Of a stretch of DNA of 64,000 nucleotides, positions 12,091-26,850 are shown one piece after another. The notes beneath the pieces are model-generated. The model had not been told where the DNA came from, searched no databases, and was given only the letters and a program-made list of their open reading frames with translations. How positions within the stretch are numbered: the first letter of the stretch is position 1; the number at the start of each line of letters is the position of its first letter. The DNA comes from the human T2T-CHM13v2.0 reference genome, Homo sapiens. The DNA lies in assembly GCF_009914755.1 (NCBI RefSeq), contig NC_060939.1; one strand, 5' to 3'. Position numbers and translations under genes: made by a program.

Positions 12091-13169
12091 TTCTTCCTGA
12101 AGAAGAAACATTTGTGGTGACAAGAGAAAAATTTTCTCACATGCACCAAAGGCAGAGTCACCTACAATCACTCCTGTTTCTCAATGTGAATAAATTATCA
12201 ATGCTTCTGAATTCAATCAGCTAAATCTATAAAAGGTGTGGTGTTTAACTCAACACTGCAGCCCAGCTCAACAGAACTCCAAGGGTCAGTGAGCAGCAGG
12301 CAGGATAAAGTGCATGCTGGGCACTGGGGCAGAGGGAGTTAGCATCCAGTGCAAAACAAGAAAGGCCCCGTGGTGGTCACTGTCAGGACTCCAAACCCAT
12401 AGTTCCAATTGTAGGTGACCCCATGCAAAAGAAGAGAGAGCCCGCCAATTGTTAGTGTGGATGTCAGGTCTGATAGTGCCACACTCACACCTCAGGTGGT
12501 TATGAAAAGATTTACCAACTCTATTATTGTCTGCTGAGAGCAGCACAGGCCTCTCAAGAAATTCCAAACTGGAATTTCTTCAATGGAACAGGAAAGGAGG
12601 CTGGCTCAGGGCTTTATAATGATTTGGTGGTGGGGTTGGGGGTAGGGGCACGTTTCTACTCAGGAGAAGGAGCTTGTGTGATTTAAACCTCACACTGGCA
12701 TCAGATAAGGGAGCTTCTACGATTTCTTACTAGATTTCCCATATGTGGGGGACAAGGAAGAAGAAGAATAAACCTTAATTCATCAGCAGTGAGCACCAAA
12801 ATAGGACCTGACACTTTATTCTCCCTAGCAGTTTAAGAAAATGAGTGAAAAAGAGAGATAAGAGTCCACTATGTGTGAAAAGCAAACAGATCTAAAGACA
12901 ATAAAAATTTTTATTATGGTAAGCACATAATAAAAAGAAAGAGAAGAAGGAATGAGACAGGCAGGGGTGCTCAATCAATGTCCTGGGTGGGGCCTTTTCA
13001 TTATCCACAGTGATCAGTTTATTCTGAAGGTCTCAGGTCAGCTTCCTGCTTCAAAATATCACAGGCCCTTATAGGGTATATAAAAATTATTATAGGATAT
13101 CCACAGTTTGTCATACTTTACTAAAGTAGTCTAATAATTAGATGAAGTTCTGAATTTAATATTCAGTTG

Positions 13170-14054
13170 TATTAAATATTTAAAAATACCACAATCTACA
13201 AATTAGGAAACTGAGACTATATTTTTATCAAGGGTTACAGCCATCCTATACACTGGAAAGCATAGATTTGGTAAAAATGAGAGACAGGCACTCCCAAGAA
13301 GAAGGGGTTGGGCAGAAGCTTTATGCTGAACTGTTTGGTTAAACAGACTTAATCAACAGGTTACAGGAGGGGCTATGGATGTTCATGGAGGTTGTCCTGA
13401 CACACGCATACTGAACAAACACACATGAAGCTTATGAGCCCTGTTCACTCACCAGTGGTGACTTAGCATTTAAATCCATTACAGTCAGGCCCTATGTGCA
13501 AATAGCAGAAGCAGAGACACAAAGGCACTCAGGGTGCACATTCTGTAAACGGCCAGAGCCAGGCCATGGTCAGTGGCCTCTGATCAGGAAAAAGATCCTG
13601 ATAGCAAATGTTCAATCAAAGCTGGGGTTATGGCTTGTGGAACAGGGGGTCAGTTCATCAGGGGATGGGCTGCAATTGTCTTCATAGTGCTTGTCTCAGT
13701 GCCAGTGCTTACTGAGCCACTAGAGAAAAGGAATAACCTATTGGCAGTTAAAACATAGTTTATCTTTTAAGTGTAGAAGTGAGTGGCAAAATCCTTGCCT
13801 GGCAAGGCCTTAGGTCTTGTTTATAATTTGACATCTTACTGCCACTCTTCTGTCAGTCTTAAGATCTCTATTTTAACATGAGTGTTGGTCACTGCTGTGA
13901 CTAAACCACAAAGGGGAGTAGGTATAACGAGGCGTGTCTGATCTCTTGTTTAGTCATGGTTGGAAAAAGTTTTTAGATTTTTAGGGGGTTCCTTAGGCCA
14001 AGAGATGGACTATTTAATCAGTGGTGGGTTTTAGGGATTTATTTTTAGGTTACA
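13170..14054 (-). mobile_element. MER4-group (ERV1) LTR
   Basis: Reverse strand begins tgtaacctaaaaataaatccctaaaacccaccactgattaaatagtccatctcttggcctaaggaacc, as in MER4-family LTRs. Confidence 0.6.
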
Positions 14055-17000
14055 GTTTATAAATATGAACCCAACTATTGACTTTCTGCAATTTCACTGC
14101 TGTGTTGTGGTTAAAAGTACCTGGTAAAATTCCTTCCAAAGTGGTTCAAGAGCAATTTTCTACCCTGATAAATAAAATAAATAAAATATTTTAGCCTAAT
14201 GACATCCAAACATTACTTCCTTCTGAGCCCCTAAAGGGCAGATTCTAATTCCATCTATAGTAATATCAGTCAAAATATTCACAAATGCATTCTTCTAAAT
14301 GCCTAATATTTTTACCTAAATAAGGTATCACCAAAAACGTGATGGGTCAATTTATTGAGTTTTAGATAATAGAATATCTCCCCCTAAAAATTGGACAGGG
14401 CAATGGTGTACTTGTGGATACACTGCTTAAGTTCAAAAAATAAAATCAATGGCAGTTCATTGTCATTTGTTGCTAAAAGAATGTGAAAATAACATGAAGG
14501 AAAATTTTTAAAGGAAAAAAGCATTTATAGTTCAATTGCTCTAATGTATCTATTTTTGTTAATATGTCTGTTTCATGTGATTTAATGTTGAACTTGCTCC
14601 CATTTATAGCAAGTTTTCATAATTATCATTCTTAGAAAGCATAATATTTTATTGAACTAACATGCCATGAATTGTGAATTTTTATGTGGGGAGATGAACA
14701 TTGTCCTAGACGAAGGGCCTTCTTTCCAAGAAGCTAAGAGCTGACTAGCAAAAGGGAATTTTCAGAAGGGATATTAGGAGAAAAATGAATGCCTCTACTA
14801 CACAAGAATGACTTCTCACAGAATTTGTACTGTGGCATTCTGGGGTAAGGTTACTGAACACTCCAACACCTTCCTTCCTTCTACCACCAATTTTTTTGAT
14901 GAACATTACAGTTATCCCATTTTTTGTTATAAAATAATATCTCAATAAAATCTCCATAAAGATTTGCCTTGATAATATTTTGCAAACCTGAATTAGGACT
15001 CATCATCTAATCTGAAACAGACTGTCCCAGAAAATACAGAATATAAGAATATGATGTATGTGCAACAATTTTCCTTTCAGATTTTTTGTCTTATAACAGT
15101 TTATTGGGAAAGAGATCATTATTCAGTTCAAAAGGTAGGAATGCATTTGTGAATTGGGGCCTGGACATTCCAGGTAGAACAATTATTTGCTCCTTTGATG
15201 TAAGACAGTATCAAGCTTTTAGTCAATCTTATTAGAACTCTGCCATATCTCTCACTTGTATAGCCGCTGAGGATCTTTCCTGTTTCCATACTCCTTTCCA
15301 GGGTATATGACTTTTAAGTTACCTGAGTTCTGATCAGCAAATGGACTCAGGAAGAACAGGTAGTCAAGGCAGGCAATATTTCCACCACAGTTTCAGAACT
15401 CCCTACTTTGTGGTACTAAGTTAATACATTTGTGCAGCCACTACCTTTTCAAAGGTTTCTTCTTACAACCTCAAATACTATGACTGGTTCACAACCTTTT
15501 CCATAGTGCTAAATTATTTGACCAAACACCGCATATATACCATATTTTTTCAAATCCAAACTGTATCCCAAAGAGAGAGAAGGAGAGAGAAAGAATAGCA
15601 GTAAAAATACAGTGTTATTTCAGGTTGATATTTAAAAACAATTGTGCTGGTTAATGGTTTCCTCGGGGGAAATGACAATTGAAAGTCGGTATTTTCTACT
15701 TTCAAATACAAGTCATGGTGTTTATTCGCTGCCTTTACAACTGAATAGATGGAATTCGCTGAACAAACTTTGATTCTACCCTCAATTACAACTAATTCCC
15801 TCACAAAGCAAAATTTATTTCACAACTAAACATTATGTACATTCAAGATTACTAGAAAACTTAGGACATAAGGTGCAAGTGCGACAATATTAGGAGAAAA
15901 GAAAGAGTGTGTATCAGTTTAACAGGTTTTCACATGCAAATTCACCACCACAGGGTTCGCTGTCTTGGCAACATTGAAAATAATAATAATTAACGTTTTA
16001 AGACACCTATTTTGTGTCAGGCAATGTTCCAAGTCTTTTCTATGTATTATTTTATTTCCTACTTATGAAACCCAAAGAAATTGGGTTGGTATTATTGTAT
16101 CTCTAATTTTTGAAGAGTGAAACAGGCAGAAAAGGTAACTTGCCTAGTTGGAGATGGCATCTGATCTCAGGCAGGCTAACAATGGAGCCCACAGTTTTTA
16201 CTACTATTAGGGGAAAAGACCAACACTATCGAATGAAATAGATTGGATCAAATCTAAGTCACTGATTGTGTGAGCTTATGCAAATTATTTGACCTTTCTG
16301 CCTAGATTTGTTTAGACTATAAAATAGAACTAATGATAATACTTTTGTCAGACAGTGGATTTGATGATTAAATGCGGTAAATCAAGGTAGGATCTTACAC
16401 ATAGTATTTATGGAATCTATTTCAGTTAATATTATTAATGTCTTTCATTTGTAGGGCTCTTCAGCATTTCCCAAACACTTTTCTATAGTTGTTCAGTTCA
16501 TCCTCACAAATTCTGTCATCACACAGTTAAGGTAGACATTCCCATACTCATTTCACTGATGAGATTCAAAGAAATCAAGTATACTGTCCAAGGTCACCCA
16601 TAGTAAGTGAAGGAACCAGTTCTTCTGACTTCAAGTTCAGTAAGAATTCTGCTGTACCATACATCCTATTCTGGGAAATGTGGCTAAGTCCTGTGTAGCT
16701 AACTTCAGAACTACATGGCCATGCAAGCCAAAGAGCTGGATTTACCCCAGAAATGAATACTGTAGAGAAGAAATGAGTGAAGTAGAAGAACTAAGGGATT
16801 TCTTTCCAGTAGTTTTAAGGTAATAACTAGTCAAATTATACAAATATTTATGTAAAACGTATTTCACGTGCAAAATATGTCACTGAGTGAAAATGGCAGA
16901 TCATGAAACAATAGTATTATATAATCTTACACAAACATGAAGTCATGGGATTATGGGTAATTAAGATTCGTTGTTTCCTCTTTTATGCTAATATTTATTT

Positions 17001-17574
17001 CCTAATTTTTCCATGACAAATATGCATTTTTTGTTCAATTTACAAACAACATGGAGTTAACAAAAAATTAGTGTTTACAAATGGATGCATAATTTAAAGC
17101 AATGCTTTTAGACACACCACTTACCCACACTTCCCCTCCACTTTGTGTGTAAGGGAAAGGATAATGCTACTGTCTTTGGTAAGCTTTTACCATGTCTTTA
17201 CAGAGCTTCTCAAGTACTTTTCCATGTGGGGTCACTTTGTGGAGAGGAGTTAATTTGGCACCCTAGTCCTTCTATTTCACTCAGAACCAGCTTTTTCTGC
17301 AAAGGAAAGAGTGGTCCTTGATAGCAAACCCTGGCCTTGTGGTTTTCATTCTAGATGCTTCGAACAACAACAACAACAAAAACAAAAGACAGAGACAGAG
17401 AGAATGGAGGAACATGTCATACAATCAAATGAACCTTCCCAATCAAGAACTTTACCTGGGAACCTCCCATCTACACTTGTACACATCTCTCCCCCCAAGC
17501 TCCCTGCTTACTACTAATACAAGAACCAACTTTAATTAAAAGAGGGTTTGAATTGTTATGTTTTTGATACCTAC

Positions 17575-18470
17575 CTTTTTTTTATTATACTTTGTTTTAG
17601 GGTACATGTGCACAACCTGCAGGTGTGTTCCATATGTATACATGTGCCATGTTGGTGTGCTGCACCCATTAACTTGTCATTTAGCATTAGGTATATCTCC
17701 TAATGCTATCCCTCCCCACTCCCCCCACCCCACAACAGGCCCCGGTGTGTGATGTTCCCCTTCCTGTGTCCATGTGTTCTCATTGTTCAATTCCCACCTA
17801 TGAGTGAGAACATGCGGTGTTTGGTTTTTTGTCCTTGCGATAGTTTGCTGAGAATGATGGTTTCCAGCTTCATCCATGTCTCTACAAAGGACATGAACTC
17901 ATCATTTTTTATGGCTGCATAGTATTCCATGGTGTATATGTGCCACATGAACTCAAACAAATTTACAAGAAAAAAACTAACAACCCCATCAAAAAGTGGG
18001 CAAAGGATATGAACAGACACTTCTCAAAAGAAGACATTTATGCAGCCAAAAGAAACATGAAAACATGCTCATCATCACTGGCCATCAGAGAAATGCAAAT
18101 CAAAGCCACAATGAGATACCATCTCACACCAGTTAGAATGGCGATCATTAAAAAGTCAGGAAACAACAGGTGCTGGAGAGGATGTGGAGAAATGGGAACA
18201 CTTTTACACTGTTGGTGGGACTGTAAACTAGTTGAATCATTGTGGAAGTCAGTGTGGCGATTCCTCAGGGATCTAGAACTAGAATTACCATTTGACCCAG
18301 CCATCGCATTACTGGTTATATACTCAAAGGATTATAAATCATGCTGCTATAAAGACACATGCACATGTATGTTTACTGCAGCACTATTCACAATAGCAAA
18401 GACTTGGAACCAACCCAAATGGCCAATAATTATAGACTGGATTAAGAAAATGTGGCACATGTACACCATG
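17575..18470 (-). mobile_element. L1PA (PA3/4-like), 5'-inverted (twin-primed)
   Basis: Antisense 3' end 17575-17948, then sense ORF2 piece 17949-18470. TSD GATACCTAC at 17566-17574 and 18471-18479. Confidence 0.92.
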
Positions 18471-19402
18471 GATACCTACGTTTTATTTATCTGTGTTTAT
18501 TATAAGAACATATTTTAAACGTTTATCTCTTCCGAGTTTTTATTATGAGCAAACTGGGCACTCATCTCTTTTAAAGAACATAAGCCATTTATCTATCAAA
18601 AGTATATACTACTAGTCATCTTAATAAAAACAGAACCATTTTTAAAAGATAATAATTCAACTATGGCCAAAGAAGCAAAGTATCTATGGTTGGAATAAAT
18701 AATTATTACTTTTTATTAAGTAGTTCAATTACTCCACATTTTACTTAAGTGTTGGAAACTCAAGATCTATCCAGGGACTCAAATTTGCTGCACATAGTAG
18801 ACTTAGATTCAGCTGCATATAATAGAAACTCAAGCTACAGTAATTTATGCAACATAAAGGTTTAGTTTTCTTCTCTCATGCGTGCTTCTAAAGATAATCA
18901 GTCCACTGCAGTCCAGAGGTGGGCAGTGCCAAGATATCATCAGGGACCTAGGCTTCCCTGCCTTTTTGACAAATCTTTTGTAGTATGTGTTTCTTTCCTT
19001 AAGTTCACCTTATTACCTGAAGATGGCTGCTGAAGTGTCAGACAGCGGCAAAACTATATTCCGTTTATATATCGGAACATAAGCATGTCAAATGATAATC
19101 ATCATAAACAGAAGAGACTGCAACATCTAATTTTTTAAACTGGGCACATTCTCAAATTGAATAAAATTGAGGTTGTATTAGTTAGGAAGATAATAAAATT
19201 GGGTGTTAAATATGTAGCTAACAAACTTTGCCACACATGTATTGGGTATAAAATTAAGAAAATGGACATAAGTGATAGAAGTTTAGAAGTAGCCCCTCTT
19301 CTCAAAAGCCTCACTCTAGGAGGTTGATACACCTCTTAAGCAAAACTTTATACCCAAATGAACTGCAAAAGAGACAGAGTTGGTGGATAGAAAAGTTTTT
19401 AA

Positions 19403-20824
<1,422 letters not shown>

Positions 20825-22651
20825 AAAATAAATGCTTGGAACAAGAGATGAGAAAACTATTTTAATGTCTCCAAAGGCAAACTTATGTCATTGTTATTGC
20901 AAGAACAGAACAGAAGCAGAAAAAATATTCAAAAGGGCTTCAGTCAAGTCAAACAAAATATGAATTAGAGTATGGGGACTTTTCTCTCTTTGGGAGATTA
21001 AATTACCAAAACCCTGTTCTGGCTTTGATTTTTTGACTTCCTTCCCAAAAGTTTCCCATTGGCCTGTGTCCTCTGGAAAACAAGATCCGACCATTCAGAT
21101 AAACATCCATCTTTCCTCTTCTCCCTCTATTCCGTAATCCCAACTTCAGTAGGAAGGTCATGTTCCTTCAGCAAGACTGTGGGTCCCTCTTCAATTGTAC
21201 TGCCATAAAGGGAGCACTGGGATGGGGAGGTAGAAATGGAGAGATGATGGGGTGCTCTTACTGCAAGGAAAAAAACTCTCCTGGAAAATGGAGATGGAAC
21301 TTGTTCTTTCAGAGATAGGAGGATATTATACAAAGTTAGTGGGAACTGAAATCCCCAAATCAGGCTGAAAAAGAGGAAATCAAAAATAGAAAAGGTAGCT
21401 GGGAGGGAAAAGGGAGAGAATATGATGCAATTTGGGGAGATGTTAAGAGGTTAACAAAGCACTCTCCTTCTTCCCTAGAAATTCCCACCTGACAGTTAAT
21501 AACAAGGGAGTCACACCTGTGTGTGACAGAGGGCAGCCAATGGCCATTGTGGAGGAAAGAATCACCGAAAAAAAGGCTTTACTCTTGCTGCACGATAAAG
21601 TGGAAAAAAAAATCCTTCCTGAGAAATTTCAACCTTGTCTCTGCTGACTTCCATTTTCTCTGCTCAGAGGTAAACAGCCGCTAGATAAGCCTTGTGGACA
21701 AGGTGGAAGAGCAAGTAAGTAGAAACTGACAGGGCAGAAAGCAGAAATGAAGAATCTCTCACACAGAGAGACTCTGCCCCTCTCCAAGGGAAGCCAGAGG
21801 CTTGAAGCCAGGCAGGGATTAGGTGGCATTTAAGAGGAATCTGTGTGTTAAGACTTGCCACAATTTAACTGCTCAAGTAAGGAGCTGTCATTTGTGGATA
21901 ATGTAAGTATGCTTCAGGTGATACTATCAAACTTGATTTCCTGAAAGCAAAGGACCACTGCATAGCTCAGAATTCTATATTCCTAGGATCTCTACCTCAA
22001 AACCATTGCGTCTTCTTGGTCTGAGATTTACCCCAGCCTCTGAAATCTCCCTGAATGCTAGAATAGAGAGGGAAGCCCAAGAATAACAGGGCATGCTATT
22101 TGACACAGTCAGGGCTCAAGAAACAGACTTTGAAAAATGTGAGGAAATAGCCATGGAAATAGGATGATGGAGCACCAAATGTATTGAATGATATCCACAA
22201 TGAGGTGGATGGCTTTGCAAGGTTGAGTCATCTAGATGATTCATTCCCAGGACCTTCTCAGGCCTCCTCTGAACTTTTCACTGAAATCTGAGGCATGTAC
22301 ACTACTCATGCTCCAGCTCCCTTTGAAGAGACATTATTACTCAATGAAAGGCAGCTTCTGTGCTTCCAGAGCCAGCTTTCTGTGGTCACCCAGCAATGTT
22401 ATCTCAAGAGAAAGACACAGAAATCCATGTCCTTTGATAGAAAATCCTCCTTTGCTCAAGGGCATGAGTTACTGAATAAGTCCAAGGAGGGTGACACTTT
22501 TCATTCTTGTTTGATGTCTGTCATTCTCAGAGCACCAGCCTGATCTGCCTCTTTCCATCTTTTCAGGGACCCAGATAGGGGACACATGATTATTGCTGAT
22601 TTCATAATAGGCAACTGGAGGCTTTACCATGAAAGATGAATAAGTAAACAG

Positions 22652-22891
22652 TGCAACTTGGAGGTAGGGCTGGCCACCTACCACTTGGTGGCCAACGCAG
22701 GGACTGCTCACCTCCTGCTGCTGTTTCTGGAGCCTGTTGATCAGCAGCAGCTGCACAGCTACCACCGCTTTACCCGGTAGCTTCAGAAGGAGGACTATTT
22801 TGATTTACCCCAAGGTGAGGTTGAGTGGGATGCCTTCTGTGAGTGACTTTGGAGAAGGCTAAGGAAAGCCAGATGAGAAAGAGAGGATTAG
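22652..22891 (+). pseudogene. Toll-like receptor 11 (mouse chr14 Tlr11-type) pseudogene fragment: C-terminal part of the TIR domain
   Basis: Manual translation: [76 protein letters not shown]. Collinear with the recalled mouse TLR11 C-terminus ([78 protein letters not shown]). Three in-frame stops, no frameshift. Confidence 0.88.
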
Positions 22892-25800
22892 AAGCTGTGA
22901 GAGGTTTAACCAGGCAGAAATCTCTCCCAGCAGGGGCCTGGATTGCCATCACATCACTGAAGGGAGGGCTCACAAAAGTGGTCTGCAGGCAGTGCTTACT
23001 CCAAGCCCGCTTTTTACACTGAAAATGATAGTTGAAGACAACATATTTGAAAGCACCTGCAAACAAAGTTCTTTCAAAAAACAGTTCTGATACCCTGCTA
23101 GTCCTCTCACACAAGGCATTCCCTTAAAAAAGAATATGCAAAAATGGGTTGGAGAATGCTATGTGCATTTTTCAAAATGAATTCCTTCTGCCTCCACTGA
23201 AAGCAATGTGTTCACTTGTTTGATAAAAAGCTACTTTATTCCAGAGGAATGAGGCAAGAATCAATGAGCTACTTGTCAGTGTTCTAAAGCTAAATTGCAA
23301 ATTCAGAGTTTCTCTAATTCATGAGGTTCTCACAATAGTAGTATTGCATGAGTGAGAACAATAGTTGTGATCCTGTATTACATATGAGGAATCCAAGCAC
23401 ATAAAGATTAGGTGACTTACCACTGTGGCACAGCAAACTGGATCTGGTGCTCATCCTCTGAGTCACAGTCCAGGGCTCTGTACTCTCTACTGTCTTCCGC
23501 TTACCTCCAACTGATGACAGCTTACCTTGCTACGGAGTTAAATGGGCAAAAACGAGGTAAACATCTTAAAAATACACACACGTTATCTATTTCTGAGAAT
23601 ATTTTCACAAATTTACAGAGATTTTGCATAAAATTATAAGTGCCCCCAAACAGAAGGATAAAGTACATTGATAAAAATGGACTATAATGTTCTCATTAAG
23701 AATCATGTTTCAAAGAACACGTAGTGCTATGGGGAAAGACACATGATATATTAAACAAAAGTATTAACAAAACTGCATGCACTACGATTCCAATTTTGAA
23801 AATAATTACATAGATATCTAATATACGAAATACAGAGAAACAGAGGAGGCTAGAAATGGTCTTAGAAATGGTATTGTGGATGATTTAAACTTCCTATACT
23901 TTCCTGTGTTATTATTTTTTTCTAAAATAAGCACATGTTGTTTTCATAATATTAAAATAAATTCTCTTTTGTAAATGGAAACCTTAGTGTAGACTAATTA
24001 GTTTAATTCTCTACTTTTTGTTGGCATGACATGAGCTTGAGAGAAAGTATAAATGTCTAAATCTGGAAAAACACAGCAAAAAAAAAAAAAGGTAAAAAGT
24101 CACTGCAAACAATTTCAGAGACCATCTGTTAGACAAATGGGCCAAAGAGGGCTTCTTTATATAGCCCCCCTAGGGTGTTTACTTCTTTACAGTAAGCTGA
24201 ATCCTGTTAACTCAAATGCCATAGATAAGATAAATTCTGGGGCTGTAAAGACCCCAAGTTGCTGCTGTACTTTGGAGCTCTCTGACACAGAGTCCACACT
24301 GGGCTACTCAGCAACATCACCTAGACAAGCAAATCTCTCTCTTATCGCCCTCTCCCCTGAGCGCTCTCTAGTCCTCCTCCCCTTCTGGATAGAGGCCTGA
24401 TGCCATAGCCTCTGAAAGGTAATGCATTGAGGGACTATCCCTGCATGAAAAGCTATCTAAGCAGCTCCCCCAGGAAAACTGCCACCTCAGGGTCAGCTCC
24501 TCAAGTTTTGGCTCAGAAAGTGAAAGACTTCCACACACATTGCTTCAGGGGAAAAAAAAAATTAGCAATTTATTCCTTAATAGAGTTGGAGTACTTGTAG
24601 TCCTGTGGCATAACCCTGGGACTTTGCTGACCACAAGTCCAGTATTTCATCCCCCCTCCCTTTGTCTGCTGTCAACTAGTGTTCCTTAGAAAATATTATT
24701 ATTGTTATCAATGTTAATAAAACTTCACGTTCTAATTAGCCTTAATATTTTCCATTACAGTTTTTTATGTTGTTGAAATCAACCTGAATGGTTTTTTTCT
24801 TGAAATATCTTAGATCGTATCATGGAATTTCAAGATTGAAAGAAATTTGCATCTGATGCTTAGATACCCTCTCCCACTTTCCCAACCTATATCTGACAAA
24901 AGCAACTGATAGAAAGTATTGTTCTTCAGCTCGTTCCATCATTGCATATATTTCTCTGTTAAAAAGTAAGTCTCCATGATGAATTAAAATGTGTCACCCT
25001 ATAGAATTATAGTAATTCTGTACTTTAGAGATTAAATGGGACAAATTCAATTTCTTTATTAAATAATTACCCTTCATTTGTTTCAATAAAACTTTTTGTT
25101 CTCCAATTTAAATATCCCAATTCCTTCTACTGTTACTCATTTTCCGTACTTCTAAGTCCCCTCTAGTTGTTCTTCGCCAAATTCACTATAGTTTGACAAT
25201 GTACTTCTTAAGTGAAACTAAAATGACAAATTCATGAAACAAGTGGGCAAATAGTTTAAAGTTAAGTACCACTAAAACAGATATTGATCCAAAAATCTCA
25301 ACATAAGTACAGAACCCTTGGGGCTGGCACATGTGCAGAATTGTAGAAAGAAGGGAAGAGATAGATAAGCCTTTGAAGCGTTTTGTAAATTCTTTGCCAT
25401 AACTGACTTCTGTCTTTATATCCTTGGACTTCATAGAACCCCTTGTTCTTACATTTTCAGTCCTAAATCCAGTATCATCTATTTTGTGGGAAAACATAGC
25501 TATGTTAGTATAAAAACATATATCAAGGCTTCCAATTATATTTGATATTCTGATTCAGGCTTAAGGTCAACTGATTATTCAGATTAGACCCAGGCCTCAT
25601 CATCTTTCCCTTTTTCCCTAAAGGCTGAACCAATTAAGATCTCAGTTAAGAAACACTTTTTGAGATCTTCCCAAAACTTTCTCACTGTTATCCCTAGATG
25701 AGTCCACTTGGAAATGTTGGATGATCCAGAAGGGTCAAAAATAAACCTTGGCACATTTATTTAAAAATGAAGCAGGTGGAGACTGGAGGTCAGCAGTGAA

Positions 25801-26281
25801 GACTGAGTGTACACACAGCGTGCTCTTAGTCACCACTCCTCCAAGAGGAGCTGTCCAGGGTATGATAGCCACGGCTCAAAATGTGTCTGCTACATACTCT
25901 CCTAAAGAGTCAGGTGTAATCGTTGCTTCCTAAATCAGGAAAGACTGCAGTGCCCTTTACATCTGCTTGTAACCACAATATGGTTATTGGGTGGGCTCCA
26001 AATAACTGCTATACTTGATAATGTTACCTTCCAACACTGACCCTTTTAAAGGCCTTCTAAGAAATTTTGGATGTGAGCGCCACTGTGTTCCTCTTTGCTG
26101 AACACTTTCTCAAATGGGAGACCAAGGAAGATGAGGTTGACTCATGTATTCCAGCAGACAGAAACCTAACTTTAGATGTCTACTCTCTACATGTTTCTAT
26201 AATTCTCACACAACAGCTTCAGATAAGGCACAGCTCAGATTTTTTTCATGTCTTTTCCACTTTCCTTTAACCCTGTGTTGC

Positions 26282-26850
26282 ATTTGGAATCAATCACAAT
26301 CTTGAAAGACACAGTTCCAAACACCATAATCGAATGTTGAAAATCAAAAGAACAAAATCTTTAAAGTCTAAAATTCCAAAAATCGCCATCCCAAAAGACT
26401 GAAATCCTGAAAATTTAATTCTGGAAAAAATAATTTTAAAAATTCTTTAAGATATATTTATTTACATTTTTAAAAGGTATTTATTTGAGTAACATATAAA
26501 AACACAAAAATAAAAACACAGCAGAACACTTCAAAGATCACCTTACACAATAAAATAAGCAATAACATACATTTTTGCAAGCATAAACATTCAGGCCTTC
26601 TATCAACAGTCACACAAGTATAAGAGTTATAAACAGATGAACTATATTCATGAAGAAATAGGTCAAAAGGTGAAATATGTAAATGCATATCATTGTGGTT
26701 GGTAATTGTATGCACCCAGCTCTATAACTGTAGTCTTCTGAAATACTATGATAGACAACATAAGTATTTTCATGATACTGATTAATCACCACCACAACAG
26801 TCACCTAAAGAACCAAGATCTCAAGAAATAATGTTTTAAATGTTTCTGTA
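26282..26850 (+). mobile_element. Ricksha (MULE/MuDR) DNA transposon end fragment, followed by an L1MA 3' end to ~27070
   Basis: aatcttgaaagacacagttccaaacaccataatcgaatgttgaaaatc...aaaatctttaaagtctaaaattcc resembles the Ricksha terminal repeats. Confidence 0.65.

Noticed and set aside
20900-22540. Search for TLR11 leucine-rich-repeat or transmembrane coding sequence
   Set aside because: The frames I inspected by eye showed no LxxLxLxxN pattern or match to the recalled ectodomain; a tblastn should confirm the absence.
22469-22765. Minus-strand 98-aa ORF ([17 protein letters not shown]...)
   Set aside because: Antisense shadow of the TLR11 TIR relic; no independent homology recognised.
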